Assembly: GCA_051362555.1 (NCBI GenBank)
Contig: CM120641.1
Coordinates: 3,658,001 to 3,722,000, forward strand
Source: Lingula anatina
Lineage: Eukaryota > Animalia > Brachiopoda
Reading direction: 5' to 3'
DNA length: 64,000 nucleotides
The notes beneath the pieces were generated by a model, which saw nothing but the letters and a program-made list of their open reading frames with translations, did not search any database and was not told where the DNA came from. The translations under genes were made by a program, and so were the position numbers. This document shows, piece after piece, positions 50,608 through 64,000 of the stretch. Within the stretch, counting starts at the first letter, position 1. Each line of letters starts with the position of its first letter.

Positions 50608-53600
50608 TTAATCCCTCCAGTTCATGTTGTTCCTTTCAAACTCATCAAATTCTTTTTGTGAAATTTCATCTACCTCATCCTCCACCTGCAACAATTAAAA
50701 TAAAATAATGATAAATTCATTGACATCCATAAACCCTTTTCAACAAATTACAAGCACTGGGCTCCCTTCATTAACAATTTCTGAAGACTCTTCACTCTCC
50801 GACTATAAATGAATGCTCTTTTTGAATGTTTCTTACAAGCATGACTAAACAAAAATAGTTAAATTTACTCTATGTGCAAATTTATCCCTTTTTTTCATAA
50901 ATACCTGAACAACTTCTTTAACTTCAGGAACATAAAACTGCAGCATATTCTGTACTCCATGTTTCAGAGTGACTACAGAGCTAGGGCAGCTTGTGCAGGA
51001 GCCTTGCATTTTGAGCTTCACAACCCCACTTTTTTCATCAAATTCCTGGAAGCAATTCAAAAAGCCCTATTTTAAGTTTTTTGAAAAAATTAAGAGCCCT
51101 TTTACCAGAAAAATCTCTTTAAAACATCACCATCTTGCACAGTCAAAATTAACAACAGTCCATTATCATGAATTACAATCAATAGTTAAAATTTGTTAAG
51201 AGTGAATGTTATATCATGTTTGAAACTGCATTTTTTCCATAAATGGCCTCTTAAAAAGAAGCACTTGTAGATGGGAACTTGTATCTTTAAAGAGGTAAAG
51301 ACGCTACACACAAAACCTCCCCTATATGGTAATTCATTGAACTATTCAAACGGGATTGAATAATTAATTATATTAATTGAAACAACAATCTCTTGGAACT
51401 TCGCTGCAATCATCATTGTACCTATGGCAGATCTTTTATAGTAATCTTTCTTGTAGAGATTCAAACTAAATAATTTCAGGTTGGGGTTCCAAATGGAACT
51501 CTTTGCTGTGCAACAAAATTCAATCCAGGGCTTTGCCATCAAGTCCAAATGTGAGACTGGGAAAAAATGGTTGAAATGATCCAGTTTTTTTAACAGTTCA
51601 ATTAGTTACTATTCTGACTGAAAACAAAAGAAATCTTTAGTCAAAAACAAATGGAATCCATGCAAATGCAAAGAGCTGACAAATCTTCCATACCACAAAA
51701 ACAATGTCCCCTCCATCTTCTTGTACTGTGGGCCTGATTCTGGTATCCAGGAGTTCCTTGATCATGGCAACCGTTTCACTGTCTTCAGAATCCACAGCTA
51801 GAAAACATAAATGAATTTGTTATTTAATATTTTGCTATCAAACAGTTGTGGCGCATTAATAACATGTGTAGCACTTACAGCTATACAAAACAATTTCACA
51901 TTTCACAATCAAGAACTATAATTGTCGTTTTAAGAAAAATTTCATATTTTCATACCATTTCCATAACTGATTTTTTCTTGTTAAAAGGCACTCAAGTTTT
52001 TATTCATATTATATTCAAACTGAACTATTTTTTTTGTTGTGGACCTAAACCTATGATTTATCTGAAGTCAAAGCAGTCTAAAATTTAAAAACTATTTTAT
52101 TTTCAAAGGAATTCCATTCATATTACAATCATATCATCTTTTGTTTTATTTCCTTTTGGCTTTATTAAGTGTCTACTCTCATATTACTCATATGATACAG
52201 TCACATACAAGCATCAAGGTACTATTTTACTATAGCTTGGGAAATATAACAGTCTATATTGAGGCAAGCACAGGGTGTCAGAAAATGAGAACCATGTAAG
52301 CGAGGTGAGGTGAAACATGGATTCACAACCCTTGATTGAGCCTGTGTGCAAGTTTTACAGTGTTAATTAAGTGTTGTCTTAAGTTTAGGTATTAGTGCAC
52401 AGCCTGTAAAACTACAAATGGTGCCCTATCTCCTGCTTAGGAGTATACTGAGAATATTTAATCTCTTTCCATAATAATTATTCATCCAATGGTTAGTTTA
52501 TTTTGTATTATGATTTTCAAAAATGAGCATATAATGCTAGAATACTGAATTTCCACCTTTATATGTATGTATAAATAAATATGTCTCTGGAATAAATATG
52601 ATTAAAATATAATTACTGTCATATCTTACCTTAACATATTTCTTTCTAACTTACAGTAGTGCTCAAGCTCTGATAGAAACAGCTTGAAATTAAGCATACT
52701 ATTAATTAGTTTTCTACATTATGTCTTTTTGCTATATTTGGATGCAGAATTTTACTGTAACACTTCCCATATGAGATAAAAAATTATACAACTTCAACCC
52801 AGCTTTTCATCCATCCATTCTTCAGTCTATCCAAAACTGATCAACTACTATACAACTGAAAAAAGGGATTCCATTAACTATCTTCTTCAACTAGAGGATC
52901 AGAGAGGCGATGCCGCCTCCGAATATTGTACCACCAGCTGGAGCAAGCGCATTTGTATAGACCCCCACATACACAAAATAAGGGACACAGCCACCAGTCT
53001 TTTGCTTGACAAGCTGTAAAAATGCAATCAACAAGAATTTTCAAAATATGCAAAAAAAAAATATATAACTTAAAATGGTACAATCAAAGTTAAGTTCATC
53101 AAAAGGTAGGTCAAAGGTCAATTTCACAGTAAGATTGCCAGTATATGACTTCCTATTCAAGTTCAATAGTAACAATGGACCTATCTCTGCCAGGTTAGGA
53201 GTTAAAAGAGAAAGAAATTAGCAGAGTTCAGTTCATGGTGAAAAGTAGGTCAAAGGTCAATTTTAAGCTCACATTTAGATTGCTAGTATATGACTTCCTA
53301 TTCAACTTCAATAGTAACTTTGGACCTATCTCTGCCAGTTTGGGAGATAAAAGGGAAGCAAAATTTGCAAAGTTCAGTTCATGGTGAAAAGTAGGTCAAA
53401 GGACAATTTCAAGGTCACGTTAAGATTGCCAGTATATGACTTCCTATTAAAGTTCAATAGTACCTATGGACCTATCTCTGCCAGTTTTGGAGATAAAAGG
53501 GAAGCAAAATTTGCAAAGATCAGTTCATGGTGAAAAGTAGGTCAAAGGTCAATTTCAAGGTCACATTTAGATTGCCAGTGTATGACTTCCTATCAACGTT

Positions 53601-56600
53601 CAATAGTAACTATGGACCTATCTCTGCCAGATTTGGAGATAAAAGGGCAGCAAAATTTGCAAAGTTCAGTTCATGGTGAAAAGTAGGTCAAAGGTCAATT
53701 TCAAGGTCACATTTGGATTGCCAGTATATGACTTCCTATTCAAGTTCAATAGTAACTATGGACCTATCTCTGCCAGTTTTGGAGATAAAAGGGCAGCAAA
53801 ATTTGCAAAGATTAGTTCATGGTGAAAAGTAGGTCAAAGGTCAATTTCAAGGTCACATTTAGATTGCCAGTATATGACTTCCTATTCAAGTTCAATAGTA
53901 ACTATGGACCTATCTCTGCCAGTTTTGGAGATAAAAGGGAAACAAAATTTGCAAAGTTCAGTTCATGGTGAAAAGTAGGTCAAAGGTCAATTTCAAGGTC
54001 ACATTCGGATTGCCAGTATATGACTTCCTATTCAACTTCAATAGTAACTATGGACCTATCTCTGCCAGTTTTGGAGATAAAAGGGACGCAAAATTTACAA
54101 AGTTCAGTTCATGGTGAAAAGTAGGCCAAAGGTCAATTTTAAGGTCACATTTAGATTGCCAGTATATGACTTCCTTTTCAACTTCAATAGTAACTATGGA
54201 CCTATCTCTGCCAGTTTTGGAGATATAAGGGACTAAATGGTATAATTTTGGAGTTACCATAGTGTGCCATAAATTTCCTACAGAAAAAAATTAATTAAGA
54301 TAAAGAAAAGGTCATTTTGGTCAAAATTCTTGAAATGGGAGGTGCTTTGAAGTTCCAGATGTTCAAATTTGATGAAATAATGTCATTTTTGACCACAAGT
54401 TGTCTGCTTTGCCAAGCCCGCACATTTTGCTTTCACCACCAGTATATGACTTTTTGATAAAGCGTAACTCGAAAACCGTATGGAATACAAAAAAACGGAG
54501 ACCACCTCCAGTGTTGGGCTTTACATGCTCTACAAAATGCAAAAAAGAATGGGTGTCTAGCATTAACGGTTCCCGAATTAGAGACAATTTTCAGTTTTGA
54601 TATCTTATGGCCGCTACTCCCGTGAAAATGCACCGATTGACCCCAAATTCACGGAGATGAAAGATGACCCAAAGGGTAACACTTTCCATTAATATTATTA
54701 GTTAAGTCTGTGTGGTGTCTGAATAAGAGCGCAAAAAAATTTTTTTTCGGCAAAAATTTTGTTTTTTTGAAAATTTTGGCCCGTTTGACCTTGAAATAAA
54801 GGTCAAAGGTCAAATCCAAGGGCATATTTGAAATCTACACATATGACTTTTGGAAAGCTGTCTGTAGAAATTTTTCCCATAATTCCTTCCGTAGGGGAGA
54901 TAATTAGCATTTAATTTTGCCATTTTTGGACAAGGGTGCATTGCAATGAGTGCCACACCTAGACCCCAATACCGACAAAGCCCAAATTTTACGTGGAACG
55001 AGTTGAGATTATAGGTGACCTAAATCCAAGAGATGGGTATGGAGGCCCTTACCGTCTAGGAGGAGAAGCGGTAACGGTGACTTGGCGGCGGAGCCGCAGG
55101 AGCCGGCGGAGCTGCAGGAGCCGGCGGAGCCGCAGGAGCCGGCGGAGCCGGCGGAACATACGGGTCGGGACTAAAACCATGAGTACCGCCAGCGCCTACG
55201 CTGGTGGTACAATAATAAAAGGAACACAACTGGATTGTTTTATACTGATTTTATGGGAACAAGTACCTAAGGCTATAATTTTGTATCCATAGCAATTTAG
55301 TATAAACAGTGATCTTAAATGACAAGTTAAAAATCTAATCTATCTTATCAACTGACATCCATGCACCATTTTTCTTAAAATACATTCATTCAATTCATCA
55401 TATTATGCCATTATTTTCTTTTAAACAATGTTATGTTATGTTATGTTATGTTATGTTATGTTATAACTCTCAAGTCATCATTTTATACATTTATCTGCTT
55501 TGGTTATTATGTGGTAGACTAAAATTTTGGTCTAAAATCACAGCTCTGTTTTGAAGCCTACCTCTGGGGAAAATGATTCAAATACAACTATACTTGAGAT
55601 GAATACAACAGTATTACCTGTGTCCTCGGCAGGTGGTTCTCCTGTTATGACTGGGGTCCCAGAGGCAAAGAAATCCATGATGGTGGCAAAAATATCTGGT
55701 TTCAAAATACTCCATGGTACCTCAGCGTTGATCTGGAGAGAAAAATGCATAATTTATAATCTACAGATGTGATATTTTTCATTCATCTCAGCATAAGCTG
55801 GTGGCAGCACTCCACCATCTTTCTGTATGGGGAAGTCTAGACAGAATCTACCAGCTGCAGCTTTTACCCTGCTTACAATATTAAAAGAACACTATGTGCC
55901 CTTGAAAAATTTCCAAAATTTTTATTTTCACATCAAAACAATCCACAACCCCACTTATTTTTCTCTATTCAGATATCAAAAATGATAAAACCCCTAAAAT
56001 AAAAGTACCTGATGACCATGTTTTCTTCTGAAATGTCAGAAAGACCAGTAGTCCAAATGAATCATGATTAATTTAGAACTAAGTGATTTAATTAGAACCA
56101 TGTTAGATCTTAGTGCAGAGACAAAGAAATCCATGATGGTGGCAAAATCCCATTTTATCTTGGTCTTATACAACATCTGACATCTATTATTTTAAACCTT
56201 TGTATGGAGATTTCCTTTCAATGAATTAGTATTTGGTTTTAAAGGTTACAGCTCACCTTGGTAATGCTTATGAAATCTGTGCCAAGCATTACAGACCTCA
56301 CCCCATCTATACGGAACAGCTGTCTGCAAAATAAAAAATCTCCTAGACAGCAAAGCTTGAAAATATACAGACATTTAACAGCCAAGAAGCGTTTCCCATT
56401 GCTCCATTTCAACAGTAACAGGCACATTCCTCTAAACACTGAAAAAAATTAATCAACTTCATACTGTGTGCAGTGACCAACTTTATGAAAAGTGTGCATC
56501 TACATTCCAAAACAGATTTGCATTGGACTTGCATGTGTGTGTGTGTGGAGAGAAAGAGAGAAAGAGAGAAAGAGAGATGGGTGAAAGGGAAGAAGAAAGA

Positions 56601-58291
56601 AAGAGACTCCTGCCACATTAAAATGAGATCTTTTCATGCCACAGTTTAAAAGGCAAATTTCTGTTATAAGTTGGACCCTGTCTGAATAGCCCTTTTTTAA
56701 TGTGGCAGAGGTCAGTATTGATATCTTACTTGACCAAGGGAGAGGAATGTGCTGTCCTGGCATTGGGGAAGTCCAGTGTTCCAGACTCTAACACCTGGAC
56801 TCCTGGTAAGAATTTCAGGCTGTTGGGATTGGGGGTGACCTGGGTCTGGATAAAAATAGCCCTGGCTGGAATAAGGGAGGTACAATATCTGTTAGATAAA
56901 ATTTGTTTTCAAATTATCAGCTCTACAGACTTTACTCTAATGCATACACAGAGATAAAACTTAAATCTGTTAAAAACATTATTAGTTACATAATTATGTG
57001 TAATTGCATTGAAAAATTAAATGAAAATTTTCTAGCAAAAAAGTGTAAATTAAATGCAATTAAACAATATTACACCTTGTGTCAGTTGAGATGTTTCACT
57101 TGGAACAGCAAGGAATTTTGGCGTGTTTATTAATTTATTGAGCACACTGTACTTTCTGTGGACTGCCCATAACTGGCCCTGGCGCAAAGATCTAAAATAA
57201 ACAATAAGACATATTAGAAAATATATATATGTCAGGGGTTTTCTACATTTAAGATTGGAGCTCATTTAACAAAAGCACTTTTGATACTCCCAAGACCAAA
57301 GCTTTACTTCACTTCAATTCAGGACATAAATGTGAAGAACTAGCAGTACGGTTAACTAATTGGCATAAAACAGTTTATTTCTCTCTTATCAGTATTTCAT
57401 CTAATTTTACCGTTTTTGATTTCCCTACGGTCAAAGTAGACTAAATTTTGCTCTGGAAGTTAAGAACATCTTTGCTCCTTGCCAGTGCATACAACCCTCA
57501 ATAGTTATAATTAAATTGTCCACAACAGTAAATGTAAACATTACACTGAGCGGGGGGGAGGGGGGGGGGCTAGGGACGTAAGACATTCGCTTAAAATGCA
57601 GGACTGTCAAGTAAAATCTAAGACAACTGGTAATCACATGTCCCTAGAATGTATCAATTGTTGATACATGTATTATATAGTGGTCAGTGTCAAAACATGC
57701 TATGGTATAAGCAGAAAAAACGTGTCAATTCATCATTGTCTCTTTCACCTTGTTCACCTTGCTGCAACGTGCTTTACAGATAATTTTCTGTTGATCACGT
57801 TTTTGGAGTGCAATAATTAGTCAGATGTCAAACACAAGTCCAATTGTGAAAAATACACATTACATGATGTACATCGATCACTATATTAATTATTATACCT
57901 GAAGATAATTCTGCTCATTTTATACTTTTCGTAAAAAAAAAAAATTATATATATATTTAAATAAATTGAAGAAAATTAAAGGTACCGAGAACGTGCCAAT
58001 GCTTAATGGTCCTTTTCACCTTACAGCATCTTGTTTCACCTGGCTGGATATTTTGATTTACAGACTCTATAATTAGAACATGTGAGCCTTCAGTGATTCA
58101 ATGACCCAAATTAATGAATTATCGCGAACTGCTAAAATGCAGCTATTTCGGGTTTGGGAAAGGCACACAAGAATTTGCAACCCTTTTCTTGGTAAACAAT
58201 CTAACCATCGATCGACTAAAATATACCTTGCACTTGATGAAAATCCAAAGTTTTGGCTTAAACGACTAAGGCATCGCACACGGTTAGCCAT
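50608..58291 (-). CDS. NFU1: NFU1 iron-sulfur cluster scaffold, mitochondrial
   Basis: Exons 58291-58227, 57191-57076, 56865-56730, 56323-56257, 55732-55618, 51797-51694, 51045-50905 and 50685-50608. Motifs [37 protein letters not shown] and [11 protein letters not shown] (CxxC), plus an Arg/Ser-rich presequence. Confidence 0.93.
52889..55216 (-). mobile_element. HINE/Helentron-like element with a central 147-bp satellite array, in NFU1 intron 5
   Basis: 14-bp subterminal inverted repeat attgtaccaccagc (52926-52939) / gctggtggtacaat (55200-55213). Terminal hairpins at 52905-52920 and 55183-55210, and a 9-mer GC-rich microsatellite at ~55085-55155. Confidence 0.7.
53095..54235. repeat. 147-bp tandem repeat, ~7.7 copies
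   Basis: aaagtaggtcaaaggtcaatttcaaggtcac...tatgacttcctattcaa...ggacctatctctgccag recurs every 147 bp. Confidence 0.92.
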
Positions 58292-58960
58292 CTCATCAGC
58301 GCCTAACTGCACGTCTCCCAAACTGCGAAGGTCGGCTTTGTTTTTATCGCAAGGGTTCGTAAATGGCTTTGATTTATGTACTTAATAGCTGCAGTATCGA
58401 AGTACTGTGAATGTCAATCATACGAAGCAATTTTAATCTTTACCATCTATGCTATTATAATTTCATCATCAGCGTGATTATTAATTTTGATTTCATAATT
58501 TACCATTTGGTGCGGATCTACATTTGACCTATTTTCGATAGTTTACTCCTGGAAACCGTACACAAAATGCAGGTATACGGAATTCTTTAGTGCTCTTCTT
58601 CTCCCTATTGTTTGCATAGACTTAATCTGATGGTAGAATGGTATTCAGTGGAATTATCAGTTATCCAGTAGATACAGAAACCTACTAAAGCATGATTTTA
58701 TTGTGTAGATATATTTACTACAATTTAAGAAATTGTGTTGAATTTTTTTCAGCTTGTCTCAGTTTCTACGGCCTGTCAGTGCCACGGCAGTGCTTGACTT
58801 TATAGAACTTTAATCTTCTACGGCTGCAACTATGCGGTTATTTGTCTTCAGCTGACAGAAAATTTCCTTTGTTATTTGGCATCAAAATTTAAAGTTGAGT
58901 TTTTGCTTTATTATTTATTTATTTTTTTATTAAGGAGGGTTAACAGACCAGCTATCCAAA

Positions 58961-59660
58961 ATGCCAGAAAACGCCCGTGTAGTCGTGTGCTACGGACCAT
59001 ATGAATCGTGTGGAGTTGTGGATCATAGAGAGGAGAGGTTACAAGGACTGCAGAGTAAGTGACATTGTGTGCCCATGTTATGTGTTTTTTTTTTCTTGTT
59101 TAACCTTTATTTTGATGAAAAGTAATTAGGATGTTTTTTACCGTTCCGATTGATGTGCATGCTCGCTTGATTAGTTTTTAATAATTTAACTCATTTCAGC
59201 TGTTCTAACTAGAGATGGCCATCAGGTAGACCTACAAAAGATGGCCGATCATAATACAGTACAACTCTATGTGAATGGGGAACTAATATTCACATGCAAC
59301 ATCAAAGATCTGGAATTTGGTAAACTACATTAAAAAATAATCTGGTGATGAAATTTTCATAAGATGAAAAATGATATTAATTCAAGTGAAAAAATAGATA
59401 CCAAGTATCATGATTACTATTTCAACAGTAAAAATAGGAATGAAAGATTCATGTAAAACCCAGTGCTACAAATACAAATTTAATTCTTATTGCTTGCCAT
59501 CACTGCACTGTATGCTGGTAAAGTAAATGCAACTGATGAATACTGCAGTTTGATCTTACATATTTTACAAAGATACCATATTTTTTCTCATTCAGGTGGA
59601 GATGGGCAGCTGGACAGTCTGTGTGCTCAGGCACTAGATGCAGTGAAGAAGGCATTTTAA
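58961..59660 (+). CDS. C10orf53: UPF0728 family protein (C10orf53 homologue), 92 aa
   Basis: Exons 58961-59054, 59200-59319 and 59596-59660 give MPENARVVVCYGPYESCGVVDHREERLQGLQTVLTRDGHQV...VNGELIFTCNIKDLEFGGDGQLDSLC...AF*. This matches the family motifs YGPY, RLQGLQ and LEFGGDG. The ORF track misses it. Confidence 0.88.
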
Positions 59661-60868
59661 ATAGATCTGATGAGATCAAATATAATCACTCAAATAGTCT
59701 ATTAATCAAACAATTAAGCTCAATCTTGATTGGACTAATAAAACGACGGTTAATGAGAAGCATGGACAAGTTCACAGTTATAGAAGTTATTAGTTTTCTT
59801 TGTCAAACTGATGATATTTTGGATAATACTTTTTTGAGGTGACAGGTTCGTCACATTCTTTTTTTTTTCACACAAATTGATAAACGTTTTAAGCAGTACG
59901 ATTCCAGCTGTAGAAAACACTTAAAAGAATACATTGATGTTACAGAGATATATAGATTTACAACATAAATTTCATCTGAATAAACTTACAAAATATTAAC
60001 ACAGGTATAACTTTGTTTTATTCACTTTAATCTGTTGACTTGCAATACAGACAATGGTTTCTTAAACAACCCAGAAATACATCTTCCTTTAATGGTGCTT
60101 ATTAAAATTGAAGACACGCCATTTCAGTCAAAATCACTACAGTGATCACTTCAATAATTTACCACAAATAAAATTAACACAAACTGACACAAACTTTAAA
60201 CCTCATTTGATCATCATTCAATCATTTCTCCAGTTGGTGGTTTAATGACAATTACTAAATGCCAAGTCTTATAGAATTCAAGTCCATTTCAATGAGCGTA
60301 TAACACACCTAGATCACATCTGTTCATAAGTGGCAGCCAGTGCCTCAGGCTTTGAAGTTTTAAAATCTATGATTGTTATACAATAACAAGTAATGGCATA
60401 GCAAATAGGCATTACCCTGAGGGGGCCAGCTATACAACATGCTCTCTGAAACAATAATCTGACCCTGTGCAACCACACTAATATATATTACTCTTCTACA
60501 TGATATAAGTTATCTCTTTGGACTAACAGTATTTACCTGTTATTTAATTTAAGGAATAATTTAAAAACAGTTTTCTAACCAAGGAAAACTTGAGATTTGT
60601 TCAACATTCCTCTCCATCTAAATGGGCAAATCTTCTTACACAATGTATACTATAAATAGCTATAAATATGTTTAATAAATAAAGTCGAGATGCAAGTTGT
60701 TGTTTTTTCTCTTAAAATTGTGCGATTTGCAGGCTACACTTTGGAGATTACCATTTTTACTGGAATCTTAATTGTATGCAGTCTTTATGTATAAATAAAA
60801 AGATTCTGACGCTAAAAGTTTATCACCACTAAATAGCACTTTTGAGTGTTTAATGTCAGCCCTCGTAA

Positions 60869-61809
60869 TTAATCGTTCAGCTCGAAAGCAGTTCTGAGGA
60901 AAACATTTCGCTCATCTTCATGCATTCTCTTGTTCCCACAAGCAGGTGAGGCAGCTGAAGGTCGCCCAATGTATCTGCAAAATAAAATTTAATAAACAAA
61001 TAAATTTATAAAGTTTTTAATTAATCATCAAAGCTTTATCATACTGACCTATTATCTCTCTCATTGGGGATTTTCAAGTATGTGCATACATAAACTTTAG
61101 AAAAATGTGACATAATGCTTTTCAAAATACATATAACTTATACCATTAAGAACACATCGATTTTCTCTATCTGGGTGTTACTGAGAATTACAAATATCAT
61201 ATAATACATAAGCAACAGTGATAGAAGATAATGAAAGTTTGTATGAAGAAGAGTTTAAGCATATGTATGTATACTTTCTATATCTATTTCTGGTCTTACA
61301 ATATCTGTAAATAGCTGATAACTATGACAGACAGTCCTGTGTCCTCATTTTAAAAGGTTGTCCACACTGTAAAAGTCATATTTATCATCTTCCCATACAG
61401 ACCATCAAGTCTATCAATAAGAATAAAAACGTGTTATACTTTCTCCACTGTATGTCTTATAATCTTCATCAACTAGTCAGCGACTGTGGGAAGTAATCTA
61501 ATAAACTGATTGCCCACCTGACTGCTCCTTTGTCCCTGCGTGTGGTCTTCCTCAGGACAGTGTCCAGACGGGGCTGGATGTAGGACCATGCCCCCTGGTT
61601 CTTGTGTTCTTCCTGCACCCAGCAAATCTTGGCACTGGAGTATTTATTACATTCTTCTTGGACCAGGTCAAATGGGAACGGGGAAATCTGGATGGAAAAT
61701 GTGATGAAAATTAATGACATATAACAAAACTATTCCCAAAATATGAATATACTTTAATAGATACAGACCCAACTTGTGACTTTTATATAGAAATTTGAAA
61801 ACAAGAAAA

Positions 61810-61852
<43 letters not shown>

Positions 61853-63692
61853 AATTTCAGTGTCTTTTATTTTCCAAAACTGGCAACAATTGTAATGAAT
61901 CGAATGTAACTGTGAGGACAAGTCTGCCAACCTGTTCAATTCTGGCAATAGCAACTTTCTCATCAAGGTTATTGGCCTGTCTCTCCTTCACCAACTCATA
62001 GTACACTTTGCCAGTGCAGAACAGTAACTTCTCTACAGAAGTTGGGTCTTCCTGGGCGCCACCCTCTTCTGGGATCAGGCGCCTAAACTTGGTGCCCTCT
62101 ATCATCTCATCGAATTTCGATCGGGCCATGGGATGACGCAAAAGGCTCTTAGGTGACATCATGATTAACTGCAAGCAGGAGGAAAACCACTAAGAAAAAC
62201 TCGACAAACATGACTGTCAGTAATTGCTGATTATATATATTAATGAAATTATAAATTATTAATAACTGAACGAGAACATAGCATACCAAATAAGTGGAAT
62301 TCAAAGGGCGATAACATTAGAAATTATTCAATCAACCCTTCCATCCATCAAATTGCTCTCTAATTCTAAATACCCCGATCAATTTTGATCCTTTTAAAAA
62401 TCAAATAATTCTTTTTTTTTCACTTCCTTCCAATATGTAAACATACCGGCTTTCTGAAGGGCAAGTAGATCTGCCTCCTGATCACATGGAAGAGGTTGGC
62501 TGGAGTGGTGCAGTTCACCACTATCATGTTGATCTCGTGTAACTGCTGCATCACAAAGTCTGCATCTATTTTCTGAAATACAGAATATTGACATTTTGCT
62601 TTGTGAATAATTACAAATCCTAAACATAAGAATGCCATGTTCATGCTTGAGCACGATTAATCAAAGACAGATACAAAAAAGGTTTCTTTTTTGCAAATTG
62701 AACATCTAAATAAGTTCTTACAGTTTCAACACACGCAAATGTTCATAGTGTAAAATCAAAAGAACTTCGCACAATCACAATCAAGTGGCAGTTATAGCTG
62801 TTAAAGTAGACAGCAATAGTTGCAAATATACAGACAAGTAACATTAAAATAAAGCCATTCTCATTGCTCCATTTTAACACATACAGACACAAACAGTATC
62901 TGTATTCAAAATGTACTTACGGGAAACAAGTCTGAATCATCGTTGCACATCTGCAGGAATCTTTCCAAGCGAGCACTGGAGTGTTCAGGACCCTACAAGA
63001 GAATAAGTACATGAAAAATATGTGTGTGTGCGCGTGTGCATACATACATACATACATACATAAAACACAACTATCAACAGGAACAAACAAAACTGTACAT
63101 ACAAATATATGTATACATATATGGCTTTAAAAATTTTTTCCAACAAGAAAGACTTAGTTTGAATTCAACTGGAAGAACTGGTTTAAAATAGAAATCCAGA
63201 ATATGAGAGTTGATGTGGCAAAGAAGTTGTCAAATCTGTTCCCTTGGGTACAGAACTGAAGTTGTACTGAATGTTTACTGATGGTTTTGCTCATCACAAG
63301 AGCATCATCAGGCTGTTGGGTATTGGTAACCTTGTGACAATATGTGTTTCGCTGATATTTGGTTCCAAAGTAAGCAATTACTATCACAAAAACATCAGTA
63401 AATACAATTTCTTCGAACCATGAACAATCTCACTGACATATGCTGGATGCTATTTAAGAAAGCGATGTATCCTTTGTATAAAAAAAAAAGTTTGCCTGAG
63501 CATAACTCCTCACCATTCCTTCCATGCCATGAGGCAAGAAAAGCACGATTCCCAGCTGTCTCATCCACTTGTCCTGGCCACTGCTGATGAACTGGTCTAT
63601 GATGCACTGGGCGGTGTTGGCAAAGTCGCCAAATTGGGCCTCCCAAATGACCAGGGAGTTGGGGTTGGTCTGAGCATAACCTACTTCAAAAC
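60869..63692 (-). CDS. OGDH: 2-oxoglutarate dehydrogenase E1 (OGDH/OGDHL co-orthologue), last six exons; 5' part beyond the window
   Basis: Exons 63692-63514, 62992-62921, 62572-62447, 62168-61932, 61687-61518 and 60974-60869. Motifs [34 protein letters not shown] and [10 protein letters not shown]. Confidence 0.95.
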
Positions 63693-63891
63693 CTAAACAC
63701 AGGGAGACCTTGGATGTTAAATGGTTCAAAATAAACAAGTTTGTAATATATTATATATATTTCTTTATTTTCTTTTTCTTTCATTTTCAAAATTCTGGGA
63801 GTTTTCATTTAGAACAAAATGCGAATGGAATTATTATAGCTGCTGATAATTGAGGCATTCAAAAACATATAATAATCTGCAATAGAAATAA

Positions 63892-63942
<51 letters not shown>

Positions 63943-64000
63943 AGCATAAGATATTTCATTTCACATCTAATTTACACAATATGATCTATTTTGTAATACC

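Noticed and set aside
54993-55292. Arg/Ser-rich protamine-like ORF
   Set aside because: It is the translation of the 9-bp microsatellite inside the HINE-like element.

Overview
This is AT-rich, intron-containing animal DNA, probably an invertebrate; the Helentron/HINE-type repeats suggest a mollusc or other lophotrochozoan, which is inference. The left 35 kb is an immune/cell-death-like accessory region. It opens with the 3' end of a SUEL/rhamnose-binding lectin gene with a GPI-like tail. A tandem segmental duplication follows (A ~1676-16533, B ~16592-35318). Each unit carries a TIR-NB-ARC-WD40 (Apaf-1-like STAND) gene with about 21 WD40 blades and a secreted 3x Kazal-like gene. The STAND gene in A has a CGA>TGA nonsense change, and the Kazal gene in A has lost its His/Asp/Gln repeat tail. 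B is intact and has a tripled upstream module containing an NF-kB site next to a CRE. The same kB+CRE pair sits in the FADD/LRPAP1 bidirectional promoter further right. The right part holds nested DNA transposons, FADD, LRPAP1, NFU1, a C10orf53 (UPF0728) homologue and the 3' part of OGDH, with HINE-like elements in introns. All exon calls and copy comparisons were made by eye.
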